Origin: an uncultured Pseudomonadota bacterium
Lineage (GTDB): Bacteria; Vulcanimicrobiota; Vulcanimicrobiia; Eremiobacterales; Eremiobacteraceae
Assembly: GCA_963736005.1 (NCBI GenBank)
Contig: CAVTNB010000001.1
Location: 800,001 to 864,000, forward strand
Length of the DNA: 64,000 bases
Direction: 5' to 3'
Part shown: positions 19,801-27,971 of the stretch, in pieces
Numbering within the stretch: the first letter of the stretch is position 1
Layout of the letters: the number at the start of each line of letters is the position of its first letter
Made by a program: the position numbers and the translations under genes
The notes under the pieces: generated by a model
Seen by the model: only the letters and a program-made list of their open reading frames with translations
What the model was told of the DNA's origin: nothing
Database searches by the model: none

Positions 19801-19961
19801 TGATTCTGATTGACGTTTACTCACTGCTCTCGCAAGGGCCACCGCTTGAGCCGCATCGACGTGAAGCCGCTGAAATCGAGGTTTCATATGATGCAGCGAT
19901 GTCGCGGTATGGGGCCTTCGTCGCACAAGTTGCGCGGGACATCGAACACCCGCACCGATAG
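16866..19961 (+). CDS. Secreted BNR/VPS10-type beta-propeller (glycosyl hydrolase-like)
   Basis: WRNIGP..GGRV, many S/T-x-D-G-G-x-T-W Asp-boxes, GGMQDN; probable TTG start at 16866 with a signal peptide. Confidence 0.85.
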   Translation: MKPKGCSLLVPAFACAGMLFLMGATFQSPSTINLGGLHWRNIGPAIAGGRVAAVAGTNANPFLYYLGAAGGGVWRTTNGGVTWVDVFGKQPTASIGALAIAPSNPNTVWVGTGESKPRNDISLGDGVWSSSDGGSTWRQRGVNSPSIARILIDWRNPNVVLVGALGDPYLDSSDRGVYRTTDGGNTWRQTLFVGPSSGASDLAWDARDNKLVFAGIWQIRRVPWNFNSGGAQDGLYRSRDGGATWERLTGHGLPQGIMGRIGVAVAPSDPKRVYALIQSSQGSLWRSDDGGDHWRLMTRDTYVNQRPFYMSRLEVDPKNPDHLFFLSEDLVESHDGGKTFFNNVTAVHQDHHAMWIATDGKRMIEGNDGGAPISLDGGTTWDWRYNVTLAQIYHVGFDLATPYNVCGGMQDNDSYCGPSDSLSPLGILNHDWLDVGSDSDGSWTWPDPLDPNLVWNVGVRDLNGQLTIYDKRTRQSYDVTPYVRDTNGANLAGLPYRFNWEAPVAFSKLDPRTVYFGGNVVWKTRDRGRHWLQISTDLTLNDPAHQLVAGGPINTDVSGAEFYDTILDIAPSPRNDSLIWVGTDDGLVQVTRDGGIHWTKVTPVVPPYGRVEVVEPSRYADGSAFAVIDRHFMGDRAPYIFATSDYGAHWSSIVSDLPTDETMHVIRQDLRDPNILYAGSESGVWVSLNGGLHWLRLNNNMPTVSVHDLRIQPRENDLVIATHGLGFWVLDDVTPLQDLATSGGTGVAFDQPRTAYTFFRWWKYEYGSGVGECCAPQNMFSGENPPAGALLSYYLPSPAAHTPSIEIKDVSGLTIAHVDGTNHAGINRVAWDLTDDPPVSWLSARPWNQGLSQGAPVVPGTYTATLRVDGAAYSHSVLVKPDPRALWSRADYVERRNFLHQLDGWLSHIDTALNNLDSIRGALYRRIETMKAGHASAALLARQQRLLHEAQDISAQISSNPRNSEDNQWRPDKLRERLLILIDVYSLLSQGPPLEPHRREAAEIEVSYDAAMSRYGAFVAQVARDIEHPHR

Positions 19962-20007
19962 ACCGGACTCCTAATCGGGTATAAGCGAATTATCGCTACA
20001 CGTTGAT

Positions 20008-20032
20008 GTAGCAGCGGACCTCCGGGTCCGCT
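20008..20032 (+). repeat. Family-B REP variant
   Basis: GTAG-CAGCGGACC-TCCG-GGTCCGCT. Confidence 0.8.
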
Positions 20033-20053
20033 CGACCAAAGGGGGTCTCGCAC

Positions 20054-20131
20054 ATGGACGGAGCCGATGTCGCAATCATCATCTTACTTATCCTGGTCTT
20101 CCTCGCGGCAACCGGACATCTACGACTCTAA
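20054..20131 (+). CDS. Small hydrophobic peptide 1 (25 aa)
   Basis: MDGADVAIIILLILVFLAATGHLRL; AAGGGGG RBS; paralogous to the next ORF. Confidence 0.65.
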   Translation: MDGADVAIIILLILVFLAATGHLRL

Positions 20132-20156
20132 CTCAAGAGGAAGGGAGAAAAAAAAC

Positions 20157-20225
20157 ATGGATGCGTTAGTGCTTGTTCTTGTGGTGTTGATCTTACTGGC
20201 CGTCACCGGCCACCTCAAGCTCTAG
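20157..20225 (+). CDS. Small hydrophobic peptide 2 (22 aa)
   Basis: MDALVLVLVVLILLAVTGHLKL; AAGGGAG RBS. Confidence 0.65.
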   Translation: MDALVLVLVVLILLAVTGHLKL

Positions 20226-20235
20226 AAAACGAGAT

Positions 20236-20299
20236 GGGCGACTTCACAGTCGCCCACTACATTTGTATGCTGCATGTAGTCGCGCGAATTCTCGCGCGA
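20236..20299. repeat. Divergent REP pair: family A (20236-20260) and family C (20276-20299)
   Basis: gggcgacttcacagtcgcccactac ... gtagtcgcgcgaattctcgcgcga. Confidence 0.8.
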
Positions 20300-20303
20300 T
20301 AAT

Positions 20304-23300
20304 TCAGAGTTTCGCCGAAAGGCTGAACGTGAATTGGCGCGCCGGCATCAACCCCTCTGGTGAGTACGGGTAGTAGTTATCTCCGTAGTACTGCGGCTCG
20401 TTGGAAAACCCCGTATCCCCGTCTAGCCCGAGCGGGAAGCTGTAGAACGCGTTGTCGCCGTACGAAAGCACTTGATCTTTGCTCGGAAGCTCCCATGCAT
20501 AACCGTGGTTGTGGACAACGGTGAAAACATTCGTCCAAAGAAAGCTTGCAATCGTGTTCTTGCCGAGGTTGTGAGAAATGCCGAGGTTCATCGTGAGCCA
20601 CGATGGGCCTTTGAGCGAACCAAGCCCATCGAACTGACCCGTATACGGGTCTGGCCCGACTCCCAACGGAGTGACACCGGTTGGGTTTGAGATGCAGCCC
20701 GGATAATTACCAGCCGCTGACGGGGGACCTGGGTTCGGACAATGCGCGTCCAGGAAGTCCTGTGGATCGCCATACGGGTTGCCGGACTGAAAGTTGAATG
20801 TCGGCGAGATATCCCAACCGTGAACGGCTTCATCGAGATTGAGGTTGACGACCCACGGAACGTCGTAGGATGAGGACGTACCCCCCGGGGCCTGCGTCAA
20901 CGACGGTGAGTAGTAGCCATTCGGATCGAAGAGCGGATAGCTCGTCTTGTACTGCGCGTTGTAGTTAGCGATCTGCTTGTTGATGACGTCGATGTAGCTT
21001 GGGCCCAGCGAGCGCTGGAATCGAATCTTCGAATTCGTGAACGTCGCCGCGAGCGTGGCGGAAAGGCCGTTGGGGCCGCTGCGATTTTTGCGCAGAAGAA
21101 ACTCCGAGCCGTAAATGCGCGCCGCTCCGAAGTTGTAGCCAGTGACGAACGTGGGCTGCAGCGGATTGACGGGGATGCTGAGGATCTGACCTCGGGTAAT
21201 GCGGAAGAATGGGCTTAGTTTTGCAGATAAGCCGTTGTTGAAGTCTTGCTCAAATGAGAGGTCATAGTTCGTGCTATCTTGGGGTACCAGATTATGCACC
21301 GCTGTAAAGCCAAGAGGATCATAGAAGCGGTTGAGTATTGAAATAGTCGCCGGTGCACCAAACCACGGTGCGCCGATATACTCGTTGCCGAACGTTTCAG
21401 GCTGCTGCACGTAACGACCGACCGATGCTCGAAACACTTGTTGCGGGCTGATGGTGTACGTTAGGCCAAAGCGCGGGCTGAGGTAGCTAAAATCCTGAGA
21501 CCCAGAAACATTTGTCCAGTTTGCGGCCCCGGGTGTCGACGGATTAAAGCCCTGCGCTAGTTGCGAGGCGTTGATAGCCTTAAGGTATCCATTGCAGGGC
21601 TCGCCCGGCGCGTACGCATACCCGTGCAGGCAGTATCCAAACTGGTTTTGCCCAACTTCGGCCAGGCCGTTCGGACCCGTGATCTGTAGCGGCATCAGCG
21701 GCACTTCAAACCTATCCCAACGCAAACCAATATCGAAGAGCCACTTGTCGCCCGCCTTTAACGAATCGGCTAGAGCCGCATCGACATTCACCGGATTGAT
21801 GTCGTTCCAGTAGGCATACGGACCGCCGACAACGGCTACGTTATCACCCGGATTGCAATTTGCCAGGGTATTCGTGGCGAGGGTGCCGCATTGCACGTTG
21901 CCAGTGAAGAAGTCGGGAAAGAAGTTTGGCGCATAGTTGTACCGGAGCGTGACGTCTCTCGTGTAATCAGCGTCCAAACGTAAGAGGTTTTGTGGATTCA
22001 GTTGGTTCTGGTACGTCGCTGTGTAGCCACTTGCGTTATCGTGCAACTGGTAGAATGAATCGCCCAAAAATCCGTTGGTCGCCTGATCGAAATTCCATGC
22101 CGAATACAGCGAATAACCGTAAACGCGTACGAACGACGTGCTCGACAAGGAGCGCGTGTAACTGAGCTTCTCAACGGCCTCTTCTGTCGTTTGACCATCC
22201 ACGTACCAGGAGGGGATCACACCCGTTCCTCCGCCCGCGGACGGCCACGTGTACGTTCCGTATGCGGATGGATTGTAGGGCTTGTTGACGCCACCAAGAT
22301 ATGGATTGCCAGTCGGCCATAAGAGCTGGCCCGTTGGGCTCAGGCTTCCCCCGACGCCCTCGACAAAAAGCTTAGGATCGATACCAGTACCCGCGTACAA
22401 GAAGGGCGTTTCGGTTCCACCGACGAGATAGAGCGCTTGCACATCGTCGGACAGTCCGTTGTGCTCGATCGCGTAATGGAAGTTGCCAACCGTGTCTCTA
22501 ATGGCTGCGTATGGATTGACGAAGCTTTGCCACGCGCCTTGCGAGATGGGCATGTTGAGTACTTGCGCCACGCCGCAGTTCGTGAATGAAGTCGAAAAGT
22601 TAGCGAGGATCTGCGCATTAAAGGCTCCGCATCCCGCGTCGTTCGGCGGAAGCGCAAAGCTGGTATTATCGAGATTCGAGCCGTTGACAAAATTGTAGCC
22701 CTGGTTTTGGGCCAACGTCGAAACAAAATAGGTAAACCGGCGATCCGGAGTCCCACCATAGACGTCAGCCTGGATTGTGTGGTTGAAAGACGGTCCTCCC
22801 GTGGCACCCGTGAAATCAGCACCTCCCGGATAGCTCCCGCGGCGAATTTCCTCGTTGATGTACCCCGACATTGATCGGCCAGCATCGGCGGGCTCGCCGC
22901 CCGTGTAGACTTCCAAACTCCCGATGCCGTTTGTCGTGAACGAGGTGCCGTTGGCGGCATCGAAGCCGCGGTTGAGCGGAATCCCCTCGAGTTCGAACCC
23001 TACCTGGTCGGTCGAGCCGCCCCGGAAACTCAGCGTTCCGTTGCCAAAGTAACCGCCTCCGCTGCCGAGGCTGCGTGTAACTCCTGGCAAGGAGCCGACG
23101 ACGCCGTTTTGGCTATAGAGTGTTTCAGCGCCACCCGCGCTTCCCTGATATTGGCTGATGGTTTTTGCGTTCACTGCGTAGAGGTCGCCAGTGACGTTCT
23201 TACTCACCACACTCGCCGTCGCGGTTGTCACCACTCTGCCAAGCGATTTCGCCGAGAGATGCATCGTGACGGCAACTGATGCGGTCTGGTCAGCCTGCAC

Positions 23301-23588
23301 GGTTATCCCCGCTACTGAGGCCGTGTCATAGCCGTCTTTGCTTGCCGTTACAACGTAGGTATCGGGTGAAAGATTGAGGATCGAAAAGAAACCGTGGGTG
23401 TCGGTTGGCGAGCTGGCAGACTGAGATGGCGAACTTGCTGTGACCTTTGCTGCGCCGATTGGGTTACCTTGGTCGTCGGCTACGCGACCGGAGATATTGC
23501 CCGTAACCCCCGCAAGCGACACGGTGCCGCACCATGCGACAATTACGAACGCGACGGCGAGAAGCCGTCCAAGCTTCCAAGTCAACAT
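20304..23588 (-). CDS. TonB-dependent receptor-like outer-membrane protein with N-terminal carboxypeptidase-regulatory-like domain
   Basis: GGAGG RBS, start MLTWKLG and a signal peptide; 'TGNISGRV', plug-like 'RGG....GFELEGIP', 'GLRWD', 'SPRFGLTY'. Confidence 0.85.
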   Translation of the reverse strand: MLTWKLGRLLAVAFVIVAWCGTVSLAGVTGNISGRVADDQGNPIGAAKVTASSPSQSASSPTDTHGFFSILNLSPDTYVVTASKDGYDTASVAGITVQADQTASVAVTMHLSAKSLGRVVTTATASVVSKNVTGDLYAVNAKTISQYQGSAGGAETLYSQNGVVGSLPGVTRSLGSGGGYFGNGTLSFRGGSTDQVGFELEGIPLNRGFDAANGTSFTTNGIGSLEVYTGGEPADAGRSMSGYINEEIRRGSYPGGADFTGATGGPSFNHTIQADVYGGTPDRRFTYFVSTLAQNQGYNFVNGSNLDNTSFALPPNDAGCGAFNAQILANFSTSFTNCGVAQVLNMPISQGAWQSFVNPYAAIRDTVGNFHYAIEHNGLSDDVQALYLVGGTETPFLYAGTGIDPKLFVEGVGGSLSPTGQLLWPTGNPYLGGVNKPYNPSAYGTYTWPSAGGGTGVIPSWYVDGQTTEEAVEKLSYTRSLSSTSFVRVYGYSLYSAWNFDQATNGFLGDSFYQLHDNASGYTATYQNQLNPQNLLRLDADYTRDVTLRYNYAPNFFPDFFTGNVQCGTLATNTLANCNPGDNVAVVGGPYAYWNDINPVNVDAALADSLKAGDKWLFDIGLRWDRFEVPLMPLQITGPNGLAEVGQNQFGYCLHGYAYAPGEPCNGYLKAINASQLAQGFNPSTPGAANWTNVSGSQDFSYLSPRFGLTYTISPQQVFRASVGRYVQQPETFGNEYIGAPWFGAPATISILNRFYDPLGFTAVHNLVPQDSTNYDLSFEQDFNNGLSAKLSPFFRITRGQILSIPVNPLQPTFVTGYNFGAARIYGSEFLLRKNRSGPNGLSATLAATFTNSKIRFQRSLGPSYIDVINKQIANYNAQYKTSYPLFDPNGYYSPSLTQAPGGTSSSYDVPWVVNLNLDEAVHGWDISPTFNFQSGNPYGDPQDFLDAHCPNPGPPSAAGNYPGCISNPTGVTPLGVGPDPYTGQFDGLGSLKGPSWLTMNLGISHNLGKNTIASFLWTNVFTVVHNHGYAWELPSKDQVLSYGDNAFYSFPLGLDGDTGFSNEPQYYGDNYYPYSPEGLMPARQFTFSLSAKL

Positions 23589-23604
23589 ACACGCCTCCCA
23601 GCGA

Positions 23605-23747
23605 TGGGCGACTTGACAGTCGCCCGCTACAACTCCCTTTTGCGTTGGGCGACTTGACAGTCGCCCGCTACGACTCCCTTTGCGTGGGGCGATTTGCCAA
23701 TCGCCCCCTACAATCTTGTCCACGCGCGAATGAATTCGCGCGACTAC
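23605..23747 (-). repeat. Tandem REP array: three family-A units with ~40-bp period plus one family-C unit
   Basis: Units at 23605, 23646 and 23686 joined by near-identical linkers (a/g)actccctttt?gcgt; cgcgcgaatgaattcgcgcgactac at 23723-23747. Confidence 0.88.
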
Positions 23748-23748
23748 A

Positions 23749-24216
23749 TTAACGGTTCCGACGAGACGATTTGAGCCCCTTCCGGGAACGTCTTGGCATT
23801 TCACGATCTCGGCGCTGGTCTCGCTCTTCAAAAGGAAGAAGACGCTCCGTCCGTTTGTGCGACGTTTCATCGTCATCGACGCGACCGGCGTTTCGGTCCC
23901 ATTCAGACACTTGACGCCAAAAATCAATGATCTTCTGCTCGAGTGATGATGAAAAACGCTCGAGGGGTCTCTCTCCCGAGAGCGGACCTAAAGGTCCGCT
24001 GCTACTTTGCTGCGCGGTGAGCGAGAGTCGGACGCGCCGTCCGTTTTCCTCGGCGACGATGAAAGGGAGGTCTGGATGCCGCCCAGCCATCAACGCCCGT
24101 TTGACAACATCGACGCCTGGATCGGAGGCCGGAAGCAATCCAAAACGGCCATCTTCAAGCCGGACAATGCACCCGAAGCGACTGCAATGCACGACGCTCC
24201 CGCGCACCTGCTGCAC
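23749..24216 (-). CDS. YabR-like S1-domain protein (divergent)
   Basis: G.V....FGCIVRLEDGRFGL S1-like start, SLEQKI..F helix, basic tail; lies directly downstream of divIC as yabR does. Confidence 0.6.
   Translation of the reverse strand: MQQVRGSVVHCSRFGCIVRLEDGRFGLLPASDPGVDVVKRALMAGRHPDLPFIVAEENGRRVRLSLTAQQSSSGPLGPLSGERPLERFSSSLEQKIIDFWRQVSEWDRNAGRVDDDETSHKRTERLLPFEERDQRRDREMPRRSRKGLKSSRRNR
23981..24005 (-). repeat. Family-B REP inside a coding sequence
   Basis: Identical to the intron copy; translated as SSSGPLGPL. Confidence 0.85.
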
Positions 24217-24218
24217 GA

Positions 24219-24626
24219 CTACTGCTGCGCAGCGGGCGCAGGCGTTGACGGGGCTACTTCAATGAAGACTTCGTTGGGTTTGGCGAGGCCAAGTTGTTCG
24301 TGAATGAGCGGGACGAGGTATTCAGGGTCGTGCAGATGACCGACGCGCGCGACAAGCTTATCGTTTTGTGCTTGCAGCGTGGCGTTTTCACCCTCGACCT
24401 GCGAAATCTGCTGGTGCAATGCGACGTTGCGCATCGCGACATGCCACACTTGTGCACCTGCCGTCACTGAAATAAATAAAGCCGCCACCAACATCAATCC
24501 TCGGCCAGCAATCAGGGCGGCAACGCGTGCCGAGTGCAGGTGCTTTGAGGTTTGCTCGGCGCGATTGCTCCGCGCCTGCGTGAAACGAACGATTTTATGT
24601 CGGAGACTACCGCGCCGCGCTGTCAT
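24219..24626 (-). CDS. Septum formation initiator (FtsB/DivIC family)
   Basis: One TM helix, coiled coil, DPEYL...EQLGLAKPNE. Confidence 0.8.
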   Translation of the reverse strand: MTARRGSLRHKIVRFTQARSNRAEQTSKHLHSARVAALIAGRGLMLVAALFISVTAGAQVWHVAMRNVALHQQISQVEGENATLQAQNDKLVARVGHLHDPEYLVPLIHEQLGLAKPNEVFIEVAPSTPAPAAQQ

Positions 24627-25581
24627 GCACTAACTCGACATGTGAGCCCATGCGCCGGAACTTTTCGTAGCGACGGTCAACAAGCTCATCAGTACGAACG
24701 CGCAGCAGCCGATCGAGCGCTCTGCGATCCGCGGCGAGCGTATCTTTGATGATGCGCTCGGGATCCTGGTGGGCTCCGCCAAGCGGCTCCCTGATAATTT
24801 CATCAATCAGTCCGAACTCGAAGAGTTCATCCGAGGTTAGGCGCAAACGTTGAGCGGCTTCTTCCGCGCGGGATGCATCGCGCCAGAGGATGGAGGCCGC
24901 GGCTTCGGGTGATGCGACGGAGTAGATCGAGTGCTGCAGCATGATGATGTGGTCGCCGATGCCAATGGCAAGCGCGCCGCCGCTGCCGCCTTCACCCGTT
25001 ACATTGACCACGACCGGCGTCTTCAGACCGGCCATGACTCTTAAGGACGTCGCGATGGCCTCGGATTGACCGCGTTCTTCCGCGCCAATGCCTGGGTAGG
25101 CTCCGGGAGTGTCGATGAACGTCACGAGCGGTCTGCCGAACTTCTCGGCCAGCCGCATGATACGCTGCGCCTTTCGGTAGCCTTCCGGATGCGGCATGCC
25201 GAAATTGCGGTAGAGGTTATCCTTAGTGTCGCGGCCCTTTTGCTCACCAATCACGAATATCGGCAGATCGTCGAGATAAGCGTAGCCCGCGACAATGGCT
25301 GGATCGTCGCGAAATGCCCGATCCCCATGCAACTCCGTGAACCCATCGAGGGCGCTGAGGTAATCGAGAGCCAGTGGGCGGCGGGGGTGGCGTGCCAAGT
25401 GGACGCGCTGCCAAGGCGTAAGGTTAGCAAAAATCTCGAGCTTGAGCTGGCGCGCCTTCTCCTCGAGTGCGGCAATTGAACCGGACAGGTCAACCCGCTG
25501 CGTCTCGTTGAGTTTCTTGAGGTCTGCTATTTTGGCCTCAAGCTCGAGCAGCGGTTTCTCCAGTTCGACGATGACGTTCAC
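24607..25581 (-). CDS. accA: Acetyl-CoA carboxylase carboxyltransferase alpha
   Basis: LARHPRRP, FGMPHPEGYRKA, GEGGSGGAL. Confidence 0.97.
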   Translation of the reverse strand: MNVIVELEKPLLELEAKIADLKKLNETQRVDLSGSIAALEEKARQLKLEIFANLTPWQRVHLARHPRRPLALDYLSALDGFTELHGDRAFRDDPAIVAGYAYLDDLPIFVIGEQKGRDTKDNLYRNFGMPHPEGYRKAQRIMRLAEKFGRPLVTFIDTPGAYPGIGAEERGQSEAIATSLRVMAGLKTPVVVNVTGEGGSGGALAIGIGDHIIMLQHSIYSVASPEAAASILWRDASRAEEAAQRLRLTSDELFEFGLIDEIIREPLGGAHQDPERIIKDTLAADRRALDRLLRVRTDELVDRRYEKFRRMGSHVELVHDSAAR

Positions 25582-26426
25582 GCCGGCACCGCCTTGCGCG
25601 TCAGGAAACTCAACAACCTTCCGAGAGCGTTCTTGAGCTCGCCGCGCCGGACGACCATGTCCACTTGCCCGTGCTCGAGCAAGAATTCAGCAGACTGAAA
25701 CCCTTCGGGCAGTTTCTGCCGGATCGTCTGGTCGATGACGCGTCTACCCGCAAAACCAATAGCCGCACCAGTTTCGGCGATAATGACATCCGCTTGGAAG
25801 CCGAATGACGCGGAGACGCCGCCGGTCGTGGGATCCGTGAGGATGGTAATGAGAGGCAAACCGAGCCCGGCAAAGCGCTCGACGGCTGCTGTCGTCTTGG
25901 CGAGTTGCATCAGCGCGATCACGCCCTCTTCCATGCGCGCGCCGCCCGAAGCGGTGACAATCACCACTGGGAGTTTCTGGCGCGCCGCTTCCTCAATCAA
26001 CAACGTGATTTTCTCGCCCACGACACTACCCATCGTGCCGCCGCGGAAAAAGAAATCCATAACCCCCAGCCCGACCCGCACACCTTCGATGTTGCAGATG
26101 CCGACGACCACTGCTTCAAGCAGACCTGACTTTGCTCGGTCACCCGCGATCTTGGTCGCATAGGGCGTCCGGTCGGTCCATTGCAGCGGATCGCCCGTTG
26201 CGAGCAGCGGCGCGAGTTCCTGAAAATCTCCATCAGCGAGGAGCGCGATGCGATCGAAGGCATGCAGCCGAAAGTGATGGCCGCACTTCGGACAGACGTA
26301 GAGACGCTCGGCGAGATCCTTCTTATAGAGACGCTCACCGCACGATGGGCAAATCTCCCAGAGCGCGTCGCTTTGGGGTTCTGGTTTGGCGGATCGCCTC
26401 CGCAGCCAATTTGGGGTTGGCGCCAA
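25578..26426 (-). CDS. accD: Acetyl-CoA carboxylase carboxyltransferase beta
   Basis: CxxC..CxxC zinc finger, GGTMGSVVGEK, SGGARMEEG, PTTGGVSAS. Confidence 0.97.
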   Translation of the reverse strand: MAPTPNWLRRRSAKPEPQSDALWEICPSCGERLYKKDLAERLYVCPKCGHHFRLHAFDRIALLADGDFQELAPLLATGDPLQWTDRTPYATKIAGDRAKSGLLEAVVVGICNIEGVRVGLGVMDFFFRGGTMGSVVGEKITLLIEEAARQKLPVVIVTASGGARMEEGVIALMQLAKTTAAVERFAGLGLPLITILTDPTTGGVSASFGFQADVIIAETGAAIGFAGRRVIDQTIRQKLPEGFQSAEFLLEHGQVDMVVRRGELKNALGRLLSFLTRKAVPA

Positions 26427-26431
26427 CTCGT

Positions 26432-27181
26432 CTACTCCTGCTCTTTGAGCGTTTGGGTGGACGTCAGGCTGGCTTCGGACCGCCGGCCGGCTCCTGTATA
26501 AATCTTGCCAAGTTGCTTGAGATAGTTGAAGATTTCGCCCGAATTGAGTTTGCTCGAACCGTGCCGGCGGTCGGTAAAGACATACGGGACTTCCTTTGCA
26601 TTTCGATACTTCCCTTTCATGATGACTTCGAGACCGATCTTAAAACCGATGGGATCGAGCTTGACGCCCTCAATGACCGAACGCTTGCAAAAGAAAAATC
26701 CTGACGTGATGTCCTTCACGCGCGTGAGCGGCATGGCGAGCATGATCGCGACACGCGACGTGAGGCGACGGCGCCATGGCCAATTCGTAATGCCCCCACC
26801 TGGAATATATCGGCTGCCAATCGCCAGTTCGCATGCTCCGCTGCGAATTGCGTCGAGCATTGCCGGGACTATTTTTGGATCGTGGCTGAAATCGGCATCC
26901 ATCACGCCGAGGATCGGCGAGTCACAGGTTGCCCATCCGTCAATAACTGCCGAGGATAACCCAAGCTTGCCTGCTCGATGTACGCAGCGCACCGGATAGC
27001 GTGTGGCAAGAGAATCGACGAGCGCACCCGTTCCATCGGGTGAGTTGTCATCGACGACTACGATTTCTCCCTTGATGTTCGCTTGCGCAAAGACGCCGGT
27101 CAGCGCTGAGACAAGTTGCTCGATGCCGCCCGATTCATTATAGGTTGGGATGACGACCGAGACTTCATAGTCCTGTGCCAC
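26432..27181 (-). CDS. Polyprenol-phosphate mannose synthase-like GT2
   Basis: VIPTYNE, VDDNSPDGT, MDADFSHDP, GSRY. Confidence 0.9.
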   Translation of the reverse strand: MAQDYEVSVVIPTYNESGGIEQLVSALTGVFAQANIKGEIVVVDDNSPDGTGALVDSLATRYPVRCVHRAGKLGLSSAVIDGWATCDSPILGVMDADFSHDPKIVPAMLDAIRSGACELAIGSRYIPGGGITNWPWRRRLTSRVAIMLAMPLTRVKDITSGFFFCKRSVIEGVKLDPIGFKIGLEVIMKGKYRNAKEVPYVFTDRRHGSSKLNSGEIFNYLKQLGKIYTGAGRRSEASLTSTQTLKEQE

Positions 27182-27217
27182 TCTCGTATTGATTCAGGAA
27201 ATTTCCCACCGGACCTT

Positions 27218-27242
27218 GTAGCAGCGGACCCTTAGGTGCGCT
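27218..27242 (+). repeat. Family-B REP variant
   Basis: gtagcagcggacccttaggtgcgct. Confidence 0.75.
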
Positions 27243-27245
27243 CCG

Positions 27246-27971
27246 TTACCACCAACTTCGCAACGCGGCGATGGCAGCGATTGCCGCTGCAGCAGCCGTT
27301 TCAGTCCGAAGGGTTGTGGGACCGAGCGAGACGACGTCGCAATGCAAGCGTTTTGCGGCAGAAAGTTCTGCATCGGTGAAACTTCCTTCGGGCCCGATGA
27401 CAACGGCGAGCGAGCGGCGAGCGTCGACGCGAGCAAGGGATGACGCAAGACTCGCGTGCGACGCCTGCTCCCACGCAACCAAGACATGGACTGCACTGGC
27501 AAGACGCTCCAAGGTGCCCAGAAGATCCGCAACGGCTTCGACCTGCGGCACGCTGAGTCGCTGCGCTTGCGCAGCCGCAGAGCGAGCAATGCGTCTCCAG
27601 CGTTCGAGCTTGTGTGGCGCATCGCCACCGTACGAGCGCTCGCAGCGGACCGGCAGAATTTGCGAAGCACCAAGCTCGGTTACTTTCTCGATGACGTCAT
27701 CCATCTTGGTGCCTTTGGGAATCGCCTGCACGACAATCACCTCGACGGGCAATTCTCCCCCAAGTTTCGATTCCGCAAGAATCGTTGCGACCACGCGATC
27801 TCGCTGCACTTCTTCGAGTTGCGCGTTCCAGGCAACGCGATTGCTCACGACGGTGATCGAGTCGCCCCGCTGCATTCGTAGGACGAGCGCGATATGGCGC
27901 ACGTCCTCGGGGGCGAGCGACACCTGTCTACCCGGAGAACAGGGTTGGGTGGTGAAAACGCGCGTGCTCAC
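27246..27971 (-). CDS. rsmE: 16S rRNA m3U1498 methyltransferase
   Basis: HIALVLRM, KVTELG, IGPEGSF, LGPTTLRTETA; GTG start overlaps the prmA stop. Confidence 0.93.
   Translation of the reverse strand: MSTRVFTTQPCSPGRQVSLAPEDVRHIALVLRMQRGDSITVVSNRVAWNAQLEEVQRDRVVATILAESKLGGELPVEVIVVQAIPKGTKMDDVIEKVTELGASQILPVRCERSYGGDAPHKLERWRRIARSAAAQAQRLSVPQVEAVADLLGTLERLASAVHVLVAWEQASHASLASSLARVDARRSLAVVIGPEGSFTDAELSAAKRLHCDVVSLGPTTLRTETAAAAAIAAIAALRSWW

Noticed and set aside
23605..23747. Possible CRISPR array
   Set aside because: Linkers are only 11-15 bp and two are near-identical, the repeat is dispersed across the window, and no cas genes are present
23589..23927. N-terminal extension of the TonB receptor ORF
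   Set aside because: Translates the REP array; the RBS and signal peptide start at 23588
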